Under the pieces are notes generated by a model. It had not been told where the DNA came from. It searched no databases and was given only the letters and a program-made list of their open reading frames with translations. A stretch of DNA of 64,000 nt from Eubacteriales bacterium. Its GTDB lineage: Bacteria > Bacillota > Clostridia > Oscillospirales > CAG-272. The DNA is taken from positions 1,428-65,427 of the forward strand of contig JAHAZT010000060.1 in NCBI GenBank assembly GCA_018383975.1. The letters are read 5' to 3'. The translations under genes and the position numbers were made by a program. Of the stretch, positions 17,550 to 26,289 are shown piece by piece (position 1 is the first letter of the stretch; the number at the start of each line of letters is the position of its first letter).

Positions 17550-19727
17550 TTATCTTTGCATCGCTATCTCTTCTATTATGCCGGATATAAAGCCCACCAT
17601 CTTCTGAAGAAGATTGAAGAACAGCATAACTATGAACATAATGAAAAGCATACCGAGTATCGTGCCGAATGTTGCAAGAATGTTTTTGCCCATTGAGTAG
17701 CCGTGTGTTGTCATTGTGCCGAAGAAGATGAGAAGTCCTACCCAGACGAAGCCGAGCGTGTTTACAAGCGTAAGCATCGCGCCTTCTCCTTCAACCGCAA
17801 CGTTTGAAAGGATCGTTGTCGGTATCAACGTGAGCGTCATCGGGAGGAGCGAATACGACGTCGCTATGAAAATATCCTTAAGGGTTCCTTCGCCGTCGAA
17901 AAGCGTCGTTACGCACCAGTTTGCAATGCACCAGAGTGCAAGCGGAACAACAACCGTCGCAACCATATAAAGTATGTTGAAGGTGTTGCCCGAATAAGCG
18001 GAGTAAGGATTGAAGATATATGCCATGCCGACGGAGTTATATATAACCGTGACGCATGCAAGCGCAACATGGAATATCGCGCCGCGAAGCGATCCGCGCT
18101 TTTCGTGCTTCAGATCCCAGAAGCCGTCGAACGGGTGCAGTATCAGATGGAATGCAAAGAGCACTTCCTCCCAGAAGGTGCGCTTGCCGGTTTTCGTCGT
18201 TCCCGCGTCGTTCTTCTTCTTTATCGCCGAGAAGGCTTTCACGAGAAGGAATATAATTACCGCCAGAACGACAAGAACAACGAGGAAATACTTTTCAACC
18301 CACTGCTTGCGGAGCATTCTGAAACATTCGGAATAGTTCGTTGTGTCAGTTGCGGCTTTGAAGTATGTCATTGCCTCTTTGTACTCGTTCTGAAGGAAGA
18401 GGTTTTCGCCTATTCCGACGTAAGCGGAGTCAAAGTTGTTGTTTCTCTGGAGAATTTCTTTCCATTTTGTAAGGGCGTTATCGTAATCGCGCGCGTTGTT
18501 ATACTGAATTGCGGAGTCGATAAGAGAGCCGTATTCCGTGCGCTTGAACACCGTGATAACGCTTCCCCTGCCCTGTACTATGCTCTGACCGAGAACATAA
18601 ATATCGGAGCCGACATAAACAATCGCTGTCGGGGATTTAAGGTTGCCGAGCTGGCTTCCCGTGTCGCCGAAGGCGTAAAGAAGCTGACCGCGGCTGTCGT
18701 AGGTGAATATTCTGGAGCGGTCACGGTCGATTGTCGACCATGTTCCGTTCGGTCCGAGGGTGACGTCAACGAGCTTTGAAGGTCCCTTTACGGGAGCGCT
18801 GGACTTGGTGTCCTGCTTAGATACGAATTTAACCTCGCCTATCGGCATAAAGAAGCCGTTACGGATCATAATGTCCTGACCTGCCGCATTGAGCTGCTTG
18901 ACGGTTGCATAGTCGGCATCGCCGCCGAGAAGCTTTGTTTCAAGGCTCGTGTCCGCGGTTGAATCCTTTGTGTCGCCGAAGGTTGTAACCCAGATGAAGT
19001 CCTCTTTGTCGATTGAAATATTCTTGTATGCAACGGAGTTGTAGGTTTCGGTTACGGTGTTCGGGAAGAGCACCCTTCTGATTCTTACCGCGAGCGGAAC
19101 GGACGATTTCTGAACACCGACAAAGCCCTGGAAGGAGCCGTCGGCATTGATTGCGAAAATGCCGCTGAACGTCTGGTTTGAAACGATATACATTCTGCCG
19201 GAGGAGTCAACCGCCATTGCGATCGGACGGAACTTTTCGCTCGAACCCATAACGTCCGCTTCGGGAGCGTTTATGATATGGTCAAAATTGAATTCAAGAT
19301 CGAACACAACGATTCTTGCGTTTTTTGTATCGCAGATGTAGATGTTCTTGTTGTTTACAAATACGCCTTCACATTCGGAGAGCTTATCCGGAACACCCTG
19401 CTCGTTTACGAACTCTTTGATTTCCGTGATATACTGGGCGTTGCTGTCAAGCACGACCACCCTGCTGTTACCCTTGTCGGCAATGTAGAGCTTGCCGTCG
19501 GGAGCGACGAACAGATCCGCTGCGTCGCTGAGCGGCGTATCCATATTCATCGTGTAATAATCTATTTCCCTGTCGGGAACGTATGCCGCGGGAGAATAGG
19601 CCGGATCCCCGTCCATTGTATAAGTATAGGTCTTATACGGAGTTGAAGCCGCCGATACCGAAATCACCGAGGATATGAGCAGCAGCATAACGAACACGAG
19701 GGATATTGTTTTGATGGTTTTCTTCAT
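17550..19727 (-). CDS. Signal peptide, NHL-like beta-propeller, helical/TPR-like segment and C-terminal Yip1-like multi-TM domain (725 aa)
   Basis: Repeated blade motifs are present (KGNSRVVVLD, KNARIVVFD, …RMYIVS…, DRSRIFTYD). The C-terminus has about five TM helices after FHLILHPFDGFWDLK. Confidence 0.75.
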   Translation of the reverse strand: MKKTIKTISLVFVMLLLISSVISVSAASTPYKTYTYTMDGDPAYSPAAYVPDREIDYYTMNMDTPLSDAADLFVAPDGKLYIADKGNSRVVVLDSNAQYITEIKEFVNEQGVPDKLSECEGVFVNNKNIYICDTKNARIVVFDLEFNFDHIINAPEADVMGSSEKFRPIAMAVDSSGRMYIVSNQTFSGIFAINADGSFQGFVGVQKSSVPLAVRIRRVLFPNTVTETYNSVAYKNISIDKEDFIWVTTFGDTKDSTADTSLETKLLGGDADYATVKQLNAAGQDIMIRNGFFMPIGEVKFVSKQDTKSSAPVKGPSKLVDVTLGPNGTWSTIDRDRSRIFTYDSRGQLLYAFGDTGSQLGNLKSPTAIVYVGSDIYVLGQSIVQGRGSVITVFKRTEYGSLIDSAIQYNNARDYDNALTKWKEILQRNNNFDSAYVGIGENLFLQNEYKEAMTYFKAATDTTNYSECFRMLRKQWVEKYFLVVLVVLAVIIFLLVKAFSAIKKKNDAGTTKTGKRTFWEEVLFAFHLILHPFDGFWDLKHEKRGSLRGAIFHVALACVTVIYNSVGMAYIFNPYSAYSGNTFNILYMVATVVVPLALWCIANWCVTTLFDGEGTLKDIFIATSYSLLPMTLTLIPTTILSNVAVEGEGAMLTLVNTLGFVWVGLLIFFGTMTTHGYSMGKNILATFGTILGMLFIMFIVMLFFNLLQKMVGFISGIIEEIAMQR

Positions 19728-19749
19728 TTATTATATATCCTCTCTTTCG

Positions 19750-20622
19750 TCAGTCTTTCATACCGGAGGTCGACATCGTTTCAACGATCTGGCTCTGGCT
19801 GAATACGAATACGGCAATAGGCACGAGCATCATTACAACCGTTGCCGCACAGCCTACGCCGGCACGCGCAACGCCGCCCGATACTATCTGCTGAACCGCA
19901 TAGTTGAAGGTTTTGAGCTGCTCGCTCATGATATACGTGGACGAACCCATATTCCAGAGATCCTTGAACGAATACACGATAAGCGTCAGCCATGCGGGCT
20001 TAACCATCGGCATTGCGATTGTCCAGTATGTGCGAAGCTCCGAGGAGCCGTCCAGACGGGCGGACTCAAGCACCGCGTCCGAAATGCCCTGCTCCATGAA
20101 CTGCTTCATAAGGAACATTCCGAGAGTCGAACCCCATGCGGGAATAATGATTGCAAGATATGTGTCAACCCAGCCGAGTCGGCTCATCGTGATGTAGTTT
20201 ACAACGCTCGCAACCGTGGGGTGGAACATGAGCGAAAGTCTTACAAGACGGAACAGAAGCGTTCTGCCGGGGAATTTTATCTTCGATACGACGTATGCCG
20301 CAAGCGAGCCGCAGAAAAGGTTTCCGAACGTTCCGGCTACGGAAATAAGTATCGTATTGAAAATATATCTTGAGAAAGGCACCCATGAGTTTGACATCGC
20401 CTTGAACATGTCTGAAAAGTTTGAAAGAGTCGGCTTTACAACATAGAATTTCGGGGGATACGTCCAAAGCTCATCCATGGGTTTGAGTGACTGAATTACA
20501 ACATAATACATCGGGATAAACATGAAGAGTCCGAACACGATGAGGAATATGCTTATTCCGACGTCGCCGCCTGCCGAACGGCTGAGGACAACTTTATGGT
20601 TTCTTGTTCTTAATTTTGCCAT
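19750..20622 (-). CDS. ABC transporter permease (MalG type), first pair
   Basis: 290 aa with the EAA loop ESARLDGSSELRTYWTIAMPMVKP. Confidence 0.9.
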   Translation of the reverse strand: MAKLRTRNHKVVLSRSAGGDVGISIFLIVFGLFMFIPMYYVVIQSLKPMDELWTYPPKFYVVKPTLSNFSDMFKAMSNSWVPFSRYIFNTILISVAGTFGNLFCGSLAAYVVSKIKFPGRTLLFRLVRLSLMFHPTVASVVNYITMSRLGWVDTYLAIIIPAWGSTLGMFLMKQFMEQGISDAVLESARLDGSSELRTYWTIAMPMVKPAWLTLIVYSFKDLWNMGSSTYIMSEQLKTFNYAVQQIVSGGVARAGVGCAATVVMMLVPIAVFVFSQSQIVETMSTSGMKD

Positions 20623-20623
20623 A

Positions 20624-21586
20624 TCACTGCCCCACTTTCGAAAGTACTTTGTTTACGAGGAGGTTACATCCTATCATTATTACAAACAGGATGGTCGCAA
20701 TCGCGGAAGCGTAACCGACCTCATATCGCTGACCGCCGTAGTCCTGAAGGTGGTGAACTATCGTCCATGCGCAATAGTTTACGCTGGGGAAGCCCGCAAG
20801 CGCGGTAACTATATCACCGAAGCCGAAGGACTGCGTTATTGCCATTACCGCACCGAACAGAAGCTGCTGCTTCATGTTCGGAAGGGTGATATACCAGAAC
20901 TCCTGCCAGCGGTTGCGGACGCCGTCCACCGCGCCTGCTTCGTACTGCGATTTGTCGATGGTCTGAAGACCGCCGATAAATGCAAGGAATGCGGTACCGA
21001 GCGATGTCCACAAGGCAACGACTATACAGAGCGGCATAACGTATTTTTCGTTCTGGAAGAACTGAATCGGCGATGTTTCAATGCCGTAACGGAGCAGCAG
21101 GTAGTTGACATAGCCGTAGGAGTCGCCGTCGAATGCAACCTTCCATATAAGGTATACACCGCCGGAGATCGAGGGTGCGTAGAAGATAAGAGTTACAACA
21201 GCTCTTACCTTCGGCGGCAGCTCGTTTATGAACCACGCCGTTATAAGCGAAAGCAAATAGGAAACGGGTCCTGTGATTACCGCAAATATAAGCGTGTTCT
21301 GAATTGCCGTAAGGAATATATCGTCGTCAAAGAGGAGACGAAGATAGTTTTCGATAAAGACGAATTTCGCGTCTTCGATAAGGTTGAACACCGTAAAGCT
21401 GTAATATATCGAAAGGATAACGGGACCGACCGTGAACGTAAAGAATATAAGGAAATACGGCAGCGCCATGATATAAGCGTGATAATTGCGCTTTATTTCC
21501 TTCCATGTCCACTGCAGCTTCGTCATATCCTTGCGCGATACGGGTCTGCGCACGGCTTTTACGGGCGTTTTGGAATTGTCAGACAT
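20624..21586 (-). CDS. ABC transporter permease (MalF type), first pair
   Basis: 320 aa with the EAA loop EAGAVDGVRNRWQEFWYITLPNMK. Confidence 0.9.
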   Translation of the reverse strand: MSDNSKTPVKAVRRPVSRKDMTKLQWTWKEIKRNYHAYIMALPYFLIFFTFTVGPVILSIYYSFTVFNLIEDAKFVFIENYLRLLFDDDIFLTAIQNTLIFAVITGPVSYLLSLITAWFINELPPKVRAVVTLIFYAPSISGGVYLIWKVAFDGDSYGYVNYLLLRYGIETSPIQFFQNEKYVMPLCIVVALWTSLGTAFLAFIGGLQTIDKSQYEAGAVDGVRNRWQEFWYITLPNMKQQLLFGAVMAITQSFGFGDIVTALAGFPSVNYCAWTIVHHLQDYGGQRYEVGYASAIATILFVIMIGCNLLVNKVLSKVGQ

Positions 21587-21634
21587 ATTCCGGTTTTCTC
21601 CTTTTCTTGTGATTTGGATTTGACGTTTATCTGC

Positions 21635-24600
21635 TTAAGCATCCTTTTTGTCGTCATCGGATGATTTTGAAGGAATGTAGAACTGTCTTGAAAGCTCTTC
21701 TCTCTTTCTGTCCATTTCGCTGTTGATTGTGTTGATATAGGTCATAATGGATTCTGCGGGGTCTGCCTGCTTGTTGTAAACGGCAAGGAAGGCAAATCCG
21801 ACGTAACGCGAGATGATATAGCTTCCGGGCATTTCGTTCACGCAGTAAAGATTCGGGATGATACGCTTCAGCTCCTTAACCTCGGACGCCGTCCATGACA
21901 TCTGGTCAAAAGCGTTGACGTTCGCCGTGGCATATTTACCTGCGGGACCGAGCAGCGCGATAAGTTCGTTTGCATAACGGCTCTGGATGTTGTCTCTCAT
22001 CCACCATTCCATGAAGCAGAAGCCCGCCTCGTCCGTGCCGCGTTCCTTTGCGTCCTTCATGAGTACCATTGCGGATACAGCGGAGGGGGTTGCGTGGTTT
22101 ACGGTGCCGTCTTCACGTTCAACGCCGGGAAGAAGCGTGAAGCCCCAAAGGCCTTTAAGCTCCGTAGCGTAGATTGTGAACTGGTTGTAGAATGAAATAT
22201 AGTCGGCTATCAGTACCGGCATTTCGCCCGTGCGGAAACGGTTTGCCGAGTCATACGTTATCGGGAAACGGTACTGAGTATAGAATCTGCACATCTGGTC
22301 GAATGCGCGGAGCGATGCGTCCTCTCCGAACGATACCGAACGTCCGCCGTCGGTATAGAGCGAGCCGCCGTTCTGATACATGAACATATAGAACGTTGTC
22401 GTCGCCGCGCCGGAGGTTCCCAGTCCGACCATGTAGTTTTTGGACTGGAGCTTCGGCACCATCGACTTGAATTCAGTCCATGTCTGCGGAATCGAAATAC
22501 CGAGCTCCGCGAGAATGTCCTTACGATAGAACATTACGTTGAACGACTGCGCCTGCGGAATACCGTAGACCGCCGTCTGTCCGTTCGTTGAGTCAAGCGC
22601 AACGGTGAGAGGCGTCATCGAAGCCTCGCTGAAGCGCGATTTCAGCTCTTCAAAGCCGTCATATCCGCTGACGTCAAGAAGCGCGCCACGGACGGCATAG
22701 TCGATAACCGTCGTCTGACCTTCGCCCATCATGACATCGGGTCCGACGCCGGCAAGCGTCGCGGGGAGAAGCGTTCCGCCCGCCACCAGCTTGAGGTTGA
22801 CGGATATATAGGGATAGCTGTTTCCGAAGTCCTCGTCTATAAGGTCGCGGATTATCTGCGCATACTCGCGCGATACCGTCGTCCATACGCTGACCTGAAC
22901 GACATCATGGTCACCGGAGGAGGAAGCAAAGGAATAGCCGTTGTAAACAAAGCTGTATGCAAAAGCCTTGACCTCGAAAGCAAACTCCTGGAAGAAGTTT
23001 CCGTTTGCCTTGGGGAGCTTGTCGCCGGCGGGCTGGACTACGATATAGTCTATCGTGAGCGACTGCTCGGTGATGTTGTTCAGCCATGTGCCGAGAGTAC
23101 CGATGTGGTTTTTGAGAGCCGTGAAGTTCTTTGCAATCTGCCCTTCACTGTCTCTGTTCATTTTTGCAAGTATCTGGGCAACGTTGAGAAGCGTTGCGGA
23201 GTTTGAGCTTGCCTTGTTTTTGTTTATCTTTCTGAATTCTTCGGAAAGCGCGGTGAGTCTTTCGGAAAGGACCTTCATCTCCGCAATCTCGTTCGGAATA
23301 CGGGTGTAGAAGTCGTAGTTCATATACGAGTCGGGGTTGGTGCCCGTTATCTGAAGAATTTTGAGATAAATCGCATTTATTTTTGTCAGGCAGTCGCTGA
23401 CCTCGGAATAAATCTCGCCGAAGTGACCGAGCGTAACCTCAAGGGAAAAGGTATGCTTGCCTTCGGAAAGGTAAATTTCAAATTCCGTTGTGCCGTCCGA
23501 AAGAGGACCTATCTGCCAGCTCTTGTCGTATGTGAATTCAAGGTTGTTCGCTTCTTCAAAGGGAACCTTGCCGTCGACGCGGAGTCTTCTCGAAACGAAA
23601 AGTCCCGCAACCGCGTTCTGAAGGTATCTCGGGTTTATCGTGTACATTCCCGCCTTGCCTTCTTCAACGGTTATCGTCCATTCATACCACTGACCCGTTG
23701 AGCTCCAGTTGGAGCCGCCGATTGTGTTGAGTCGCTGATAGCAGGCGTGCTGCGGACTCGTTATGGACGATGTCGAATCGCTGACGGCATATAGGGTACC
23801 GTCGGACGTTGCGGAGTAATGCTCCGCTTCGATATATATTTTCGATCCTGCGGGAGCTGCCGTGTAGCCCTTGCTTCTGCATTCTTCCAGATATTCCGCA
23901 TAGGTTTTCTGAATGTTTCTCTTGCGGAGGGTTACGGTTTCAAGCACGAGCGCTTCCTTCTGGGCTTCAAGCGTTATCGTGTTCGTGCCTTTTTCAAGGT
24001 AGAAATAGAAATCGCCGCTGTAATAGCCCGTGGGGTCGCAGACCGAATAAGTAAGCCATTCGGGCGCGTTTACCTTTGAGGGTCGCTTTTCGTTATGGTT
24101 TCCGTCTTCCTCGAAATAGATTTTGCCCTCCTCGTTGCGGAGGTAGTTGTCTGTCCATCTCTTCGGGAAAACGATGTTTCTGACCTCGTTTACCGGAACG
24201 TGACCGTTTATACGGAGAGTACGCTCGACGTTTGTCGCTCTTTCGCTTATCGGATAGTATCCGAATTCAATGGCATAAAGCCCGCTCTCCGGAACGTCGA
24301 ACGTCCACGTAACAGAGCCTGCGTCGGTCGTCATAAGTACGTTCTTTCTGCCGTCAAGCTCGTCGATTACGCCGAACTTGCTGTCGGCGCCTTCGCCGGA
24401 TCCCGCCTTATGCTCCGAATAATCAACCGCGCGAACGGTTATCGGCTTTCCGTTATAAGACGGTGCAGAGGCATATTTTTCCCTGTACTCTGCCCATTTG
24501 ATGTCGCTGAGAATTTCAAGCGTCTCCTTCACGTAGTCCTCTTCGCCGGAACCGGACGAAGTGAGGACGGGCTCTGCGGCAATCGCCACAAGAAGCGCGG

Positions 24601-24661
24601 AAGTGAGAACGAACAGTGAAAGTATCGCTGCGACAATTCTTGCAAAGAATTTCTTTCTCAT
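21635..24661 (-). CDS. Giant extracellular solute-binding protein (1008 aa) with two N-terminal carbohydrate-binding-like modules
   Basis: It has an N-terminal anchor or signal. Two related beta-sandwich-like segments are present (…TLRINGHVPVNEV… and …RRLRVDGKVPFEE…). The C-terminal ~450 aa look like an SBP family-1 domain (…VSVWTTVSREYAQIIRDLIDEDF…). Confidence 0.8.
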   Translation of the reverse strand: MRKKFFARIVAAILSLFVLTSALLVAIAAEPVLTSSGSGEEDYVKETLEILSDIKWAEYREKYASAPSYNGKPITVRAVDYSEHKAGSGEGADSKFGVIDELDGRKNVLMTTDAGSVTWTFDVPESGLYAIEFGYYPISERATNVERTLRINGHVPVNEVRNIVFPKRWTDNYLRNEEGKIYFEEDGNHNEKRPSKVNAPEWLTYSVCDPTGYYSGDFYFYLEKGTNTITLEAQKEALVLETVTLRKRNIQKTYAEYLEECRSKGYTAAPAGSKIYIEAEHYSATSDGTLYAVSDSTSSITSPQHACYQRLNTIGGSNWSSTGQWYEWTITVEEGKAGMYTINPRYLQNAVAGLFVSRRLRVDGKVPFEEANNLEFTYDKSWQIGPLSDGTTEFEIYLSEGKHTFSLEVTLGHFGEIYSEVSDCLTKINAIYLKILQITGTNPDSYMNYDFYTRIPNEIAEMKVLSERLTALSEEFRKINKNKASSNSATLLNVAQILAKMNRDSEGQIAKNFTALKNHIGTLGTWLNNITEQSLTIDYIVVQPAGDKLPKANGNFFQEFAFEVKAFAYSFVYNGYSFASSSGDHDVVQVSVWTTVSREYAQIIRDLIDEDFGNSYPYISVNLKLVAGGTLLPATLAGVGPDVMMGEGQTTVIDYAVRGALLDVSGYDGFEELKSRFSEASMTPLTVALDSTNGQTAVYGIPQAQSFNVMFYRKDILAELGISIPQTWTEFKSMVPKLQSKNYMVGLGTSGAATTTFYMFMYQNGGSLYTDGGRSVSFGEDASLRAFDQMCRFYTQYRFPITYDSANRFRTGEMPVLIADYISFYNQFTIYATELKGLWGFTLLPGVEREDGTVNHATPSAVSAMVLMKDAKERGTDEAGFCFMEWWMRDNIQSRYANELIALLGPAGKYATANVNAFDQMSWTASEVKELKRIIPNLYCVNEMPGSYIISRYVGFAFLAVYNKQADPAESIMTYINTINSEMDRKREELSRQFYIPSKSSDDDKKDA

Positions 24662-24679
24662 GAATTTCCTCCTGCGGAT

Positions 24680-24726
24680 TAAAAAATGCGAACCGTCCCA
24701 GCCGGCTGATTTCCGGCGCGGGACGG
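24680..24726 (-). promoter_or_regulatory. Leader stem-loop plus U tract (candidate attenuator/terminator) between the promoter and the SBP start codon
   Basis: The reverse strand reads CCGTCCCGCGCCGGAAATCAGCCGGCTGGGACGG followed by TTCGCATTTTTT. The RBS AGGAGG and the ATG at 24661 follow. Confidence 0.45.
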
Positions 24727-24743
24727 AAAAATTTTATACACAG

Positions 24744-24773
24744 ATAATATCATAAATATTCATATAAAGTCAA
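24744..24773 (-). promoter_or_regulatory. Sigma-A type promoter of the 7-gene ABC operon
   Basis: On the reverse strand TTGACT (24773-24768) is followed by an 18-nt spacer and TATTAT (24749-24744). Confidence 0.5.
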
Positions 24774-25045
24774 TTGTTAAATTTCGTTTCGGCGGCGATA
24801 TTTTTCAGATTTTGCCGCCGTTTTTCGTACTTTTCGGCAGATATTCCCTTGCGGCTCCGCAAATTCGGTTTTCGTGTTTTCGTCTGCGGATTGCCGCTTG
24901 CGCGGTCGACAGAGTTTCATTCCCGCCCTCCGTAAATTTTTATTACCGAATAATCAAGCAGTCATCGGGGTTTTTGGGATTTGTTGTTTTCGCTCCGCCG
25001 TCAACGGTAAATATAATTTAACACAATCCGCAGACGTCGGAACGG

Positions 25046-25098
25046 AAAAAGCACCGCGCCGTTTGTGCCTGTTGCACAAAAAGCGGGGTGCTTTTTTT
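25046..25098. terminator. Long bidirectional hairpin terminator
   Basis: The outer stem AAAAAGCACCGCG…CGGGGTGCTTTTTTT encloses an inner stem TTTGTGC/GCACAAA. Confidence 0.6.
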
Positions 25099-25254
25099 AC
25101 TCTTTGTTATAATTGACAAAAATCCGACGCTCAAATATCGCATATGTCGATTTTTCAAATATTATTCTAATAATTATGTACAAACGATTGCCAAATTATT
25201 AGAAAATCCTTATATTGCCATATTCAGTCCGTTTCGTCCGAGAGACGTCGGACC

Positions 25255-26289
25255 TCATTCCTCTCGCTCTATAACGCCACCGAAGGCGATTGCGTCGCCG
25301 TCGTAAAACACAGCCGACTGTCCCGGCGCCGCCGCGCGGACAGGCTCCGAAAAACAGACCTTCGCCGTTTCCCCGTCAATCGTCACCTTTGCCGCGACGG
25401 GTGCCGCCGCATATCTTACCTTGACCGAAAGCCCGTATTCGCCGCTTTCCGTCGGTAACAGCTTCTGAAAATTGAGTTTGCCGACAGTTATCCGGCTTTT
25501 GTACAGGTCTGCGTCGTCGCCGACGGTAACGGTGTTTTTCACGGGGTCGATATCCGTCACGAAAACGCGCCTTCCCGCCGCAATTCCGAGTCCCCTTCTC
25601 TGACCTATCGTATATGCCGCAATCCCCTTGTGTCTGCCGAGAATTTTCCCGTCCGCATTTATGAAATCACCCTCCGGCATATCGCCCTTGACCCTGCGTA
25701 CAAAGTCGATTGCGTCCTCATCCGGAAGAAAGCAGACGTCCTCGCTCTCGGCTATATCGGCAGACGGCATATTCGCGCTTCTCGCGCTCTCACGCACATC
25801 GGTCTTGACCATATCTTCAAGCGGGAAAATTATTCTCGCGAGCTGCTCCTGCGCAAGATTCCAGAGCATATAGCTCTGGTCCTTTGCGGCGTCGCGTCCT
25901 TTTACGACAAAATATCTGCCGTTTTCGTTCCGCACGCCGGCATAATGACCGGTTGCTATACAGTCACAGCCGAGCCTGTCGGCTTCGCTTATAAGTCCTG
26001 CAAATTTCACGTTTCTGTTGCACACGACGCACGGATTCGGAGTCCTTCCGCCCGCATACTCGTCCGCAAAATACGTTTTGACCTTCTCATCAAACTCTTT
26101 CCGCAAGTCAAGCGAGGAAAAAGGCACGGAAAGCGAATCGGCGCACTCGCGTGCGCCGGTTGTATCCGTAAATTCGTGCATTATAAGCGTTGTCCCGAAG
26201 ACCTCGTAGCCCTCGTTTTTCAGTTTGAGCGCGGAAAAACTGCTGTCAAGTCCTCCGCTCATTCCGAGAAGAACCCGCTTTCCCATCAC
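25255..26289 (-). CDS. mnmA: tRNA 2-thiouridine(34) synthase MnmA
   Basis: It has the PP-loop motif LLGMSGGLDSS and catalytic Cys motifs; 344 aa. Confidence 0.95.
   Translation of the reverse strand: MMGKRVLLGMSGGLDSSFSALKLKNEGYEVFGTTLIMHEFTDTTGARECADSLSVPFSSLDLRKEFDEKVKTYFADEYAGGRTPNPCVVCNRNVKFAGLISEADRLGCDCIATGHYAGVRNENGRYFVVKGRDAAKDQSYMLWNLAQEQLARIIFPLEDMVKTDVRESARSANMPSADIAESEDVCFLPDEDAIDFVRRVKGDMPEGDFINADGKILGRHKGIAAYTIGQRRGLGIAAGRRVFVTDIDPVKNTVTVGDDADLYKSRITVGKLNFQKLLPTESGEYGLSVKVRYAAAPVAAKVTIDGETAKVCFSEPVRAAAPGQSAVFYDGDAIAFGGVIEREE

Noticed and set aside
11985-24661. The ABC cluster as a mobile or horizontally acquired island
   Set aside because: No integrase, transposase, flanking direct repeats or tRNA-adjacent att-like sites are visible at its borders. 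By eye, base composition and codon usage look the same as in neighbouring housekeeping genes; I did not compute this.
24812-25306. Small ORFs of 69-80 aa in the non-coding region between mnmA and the ABC operon, considered as a possible hidden regulator or peptide
   Set aside because: They have no RBS and their composition is typical of translated non-coding DNA. They also span terminator hairpins. The region is better treated as regulatory or structured non-coding DNA.
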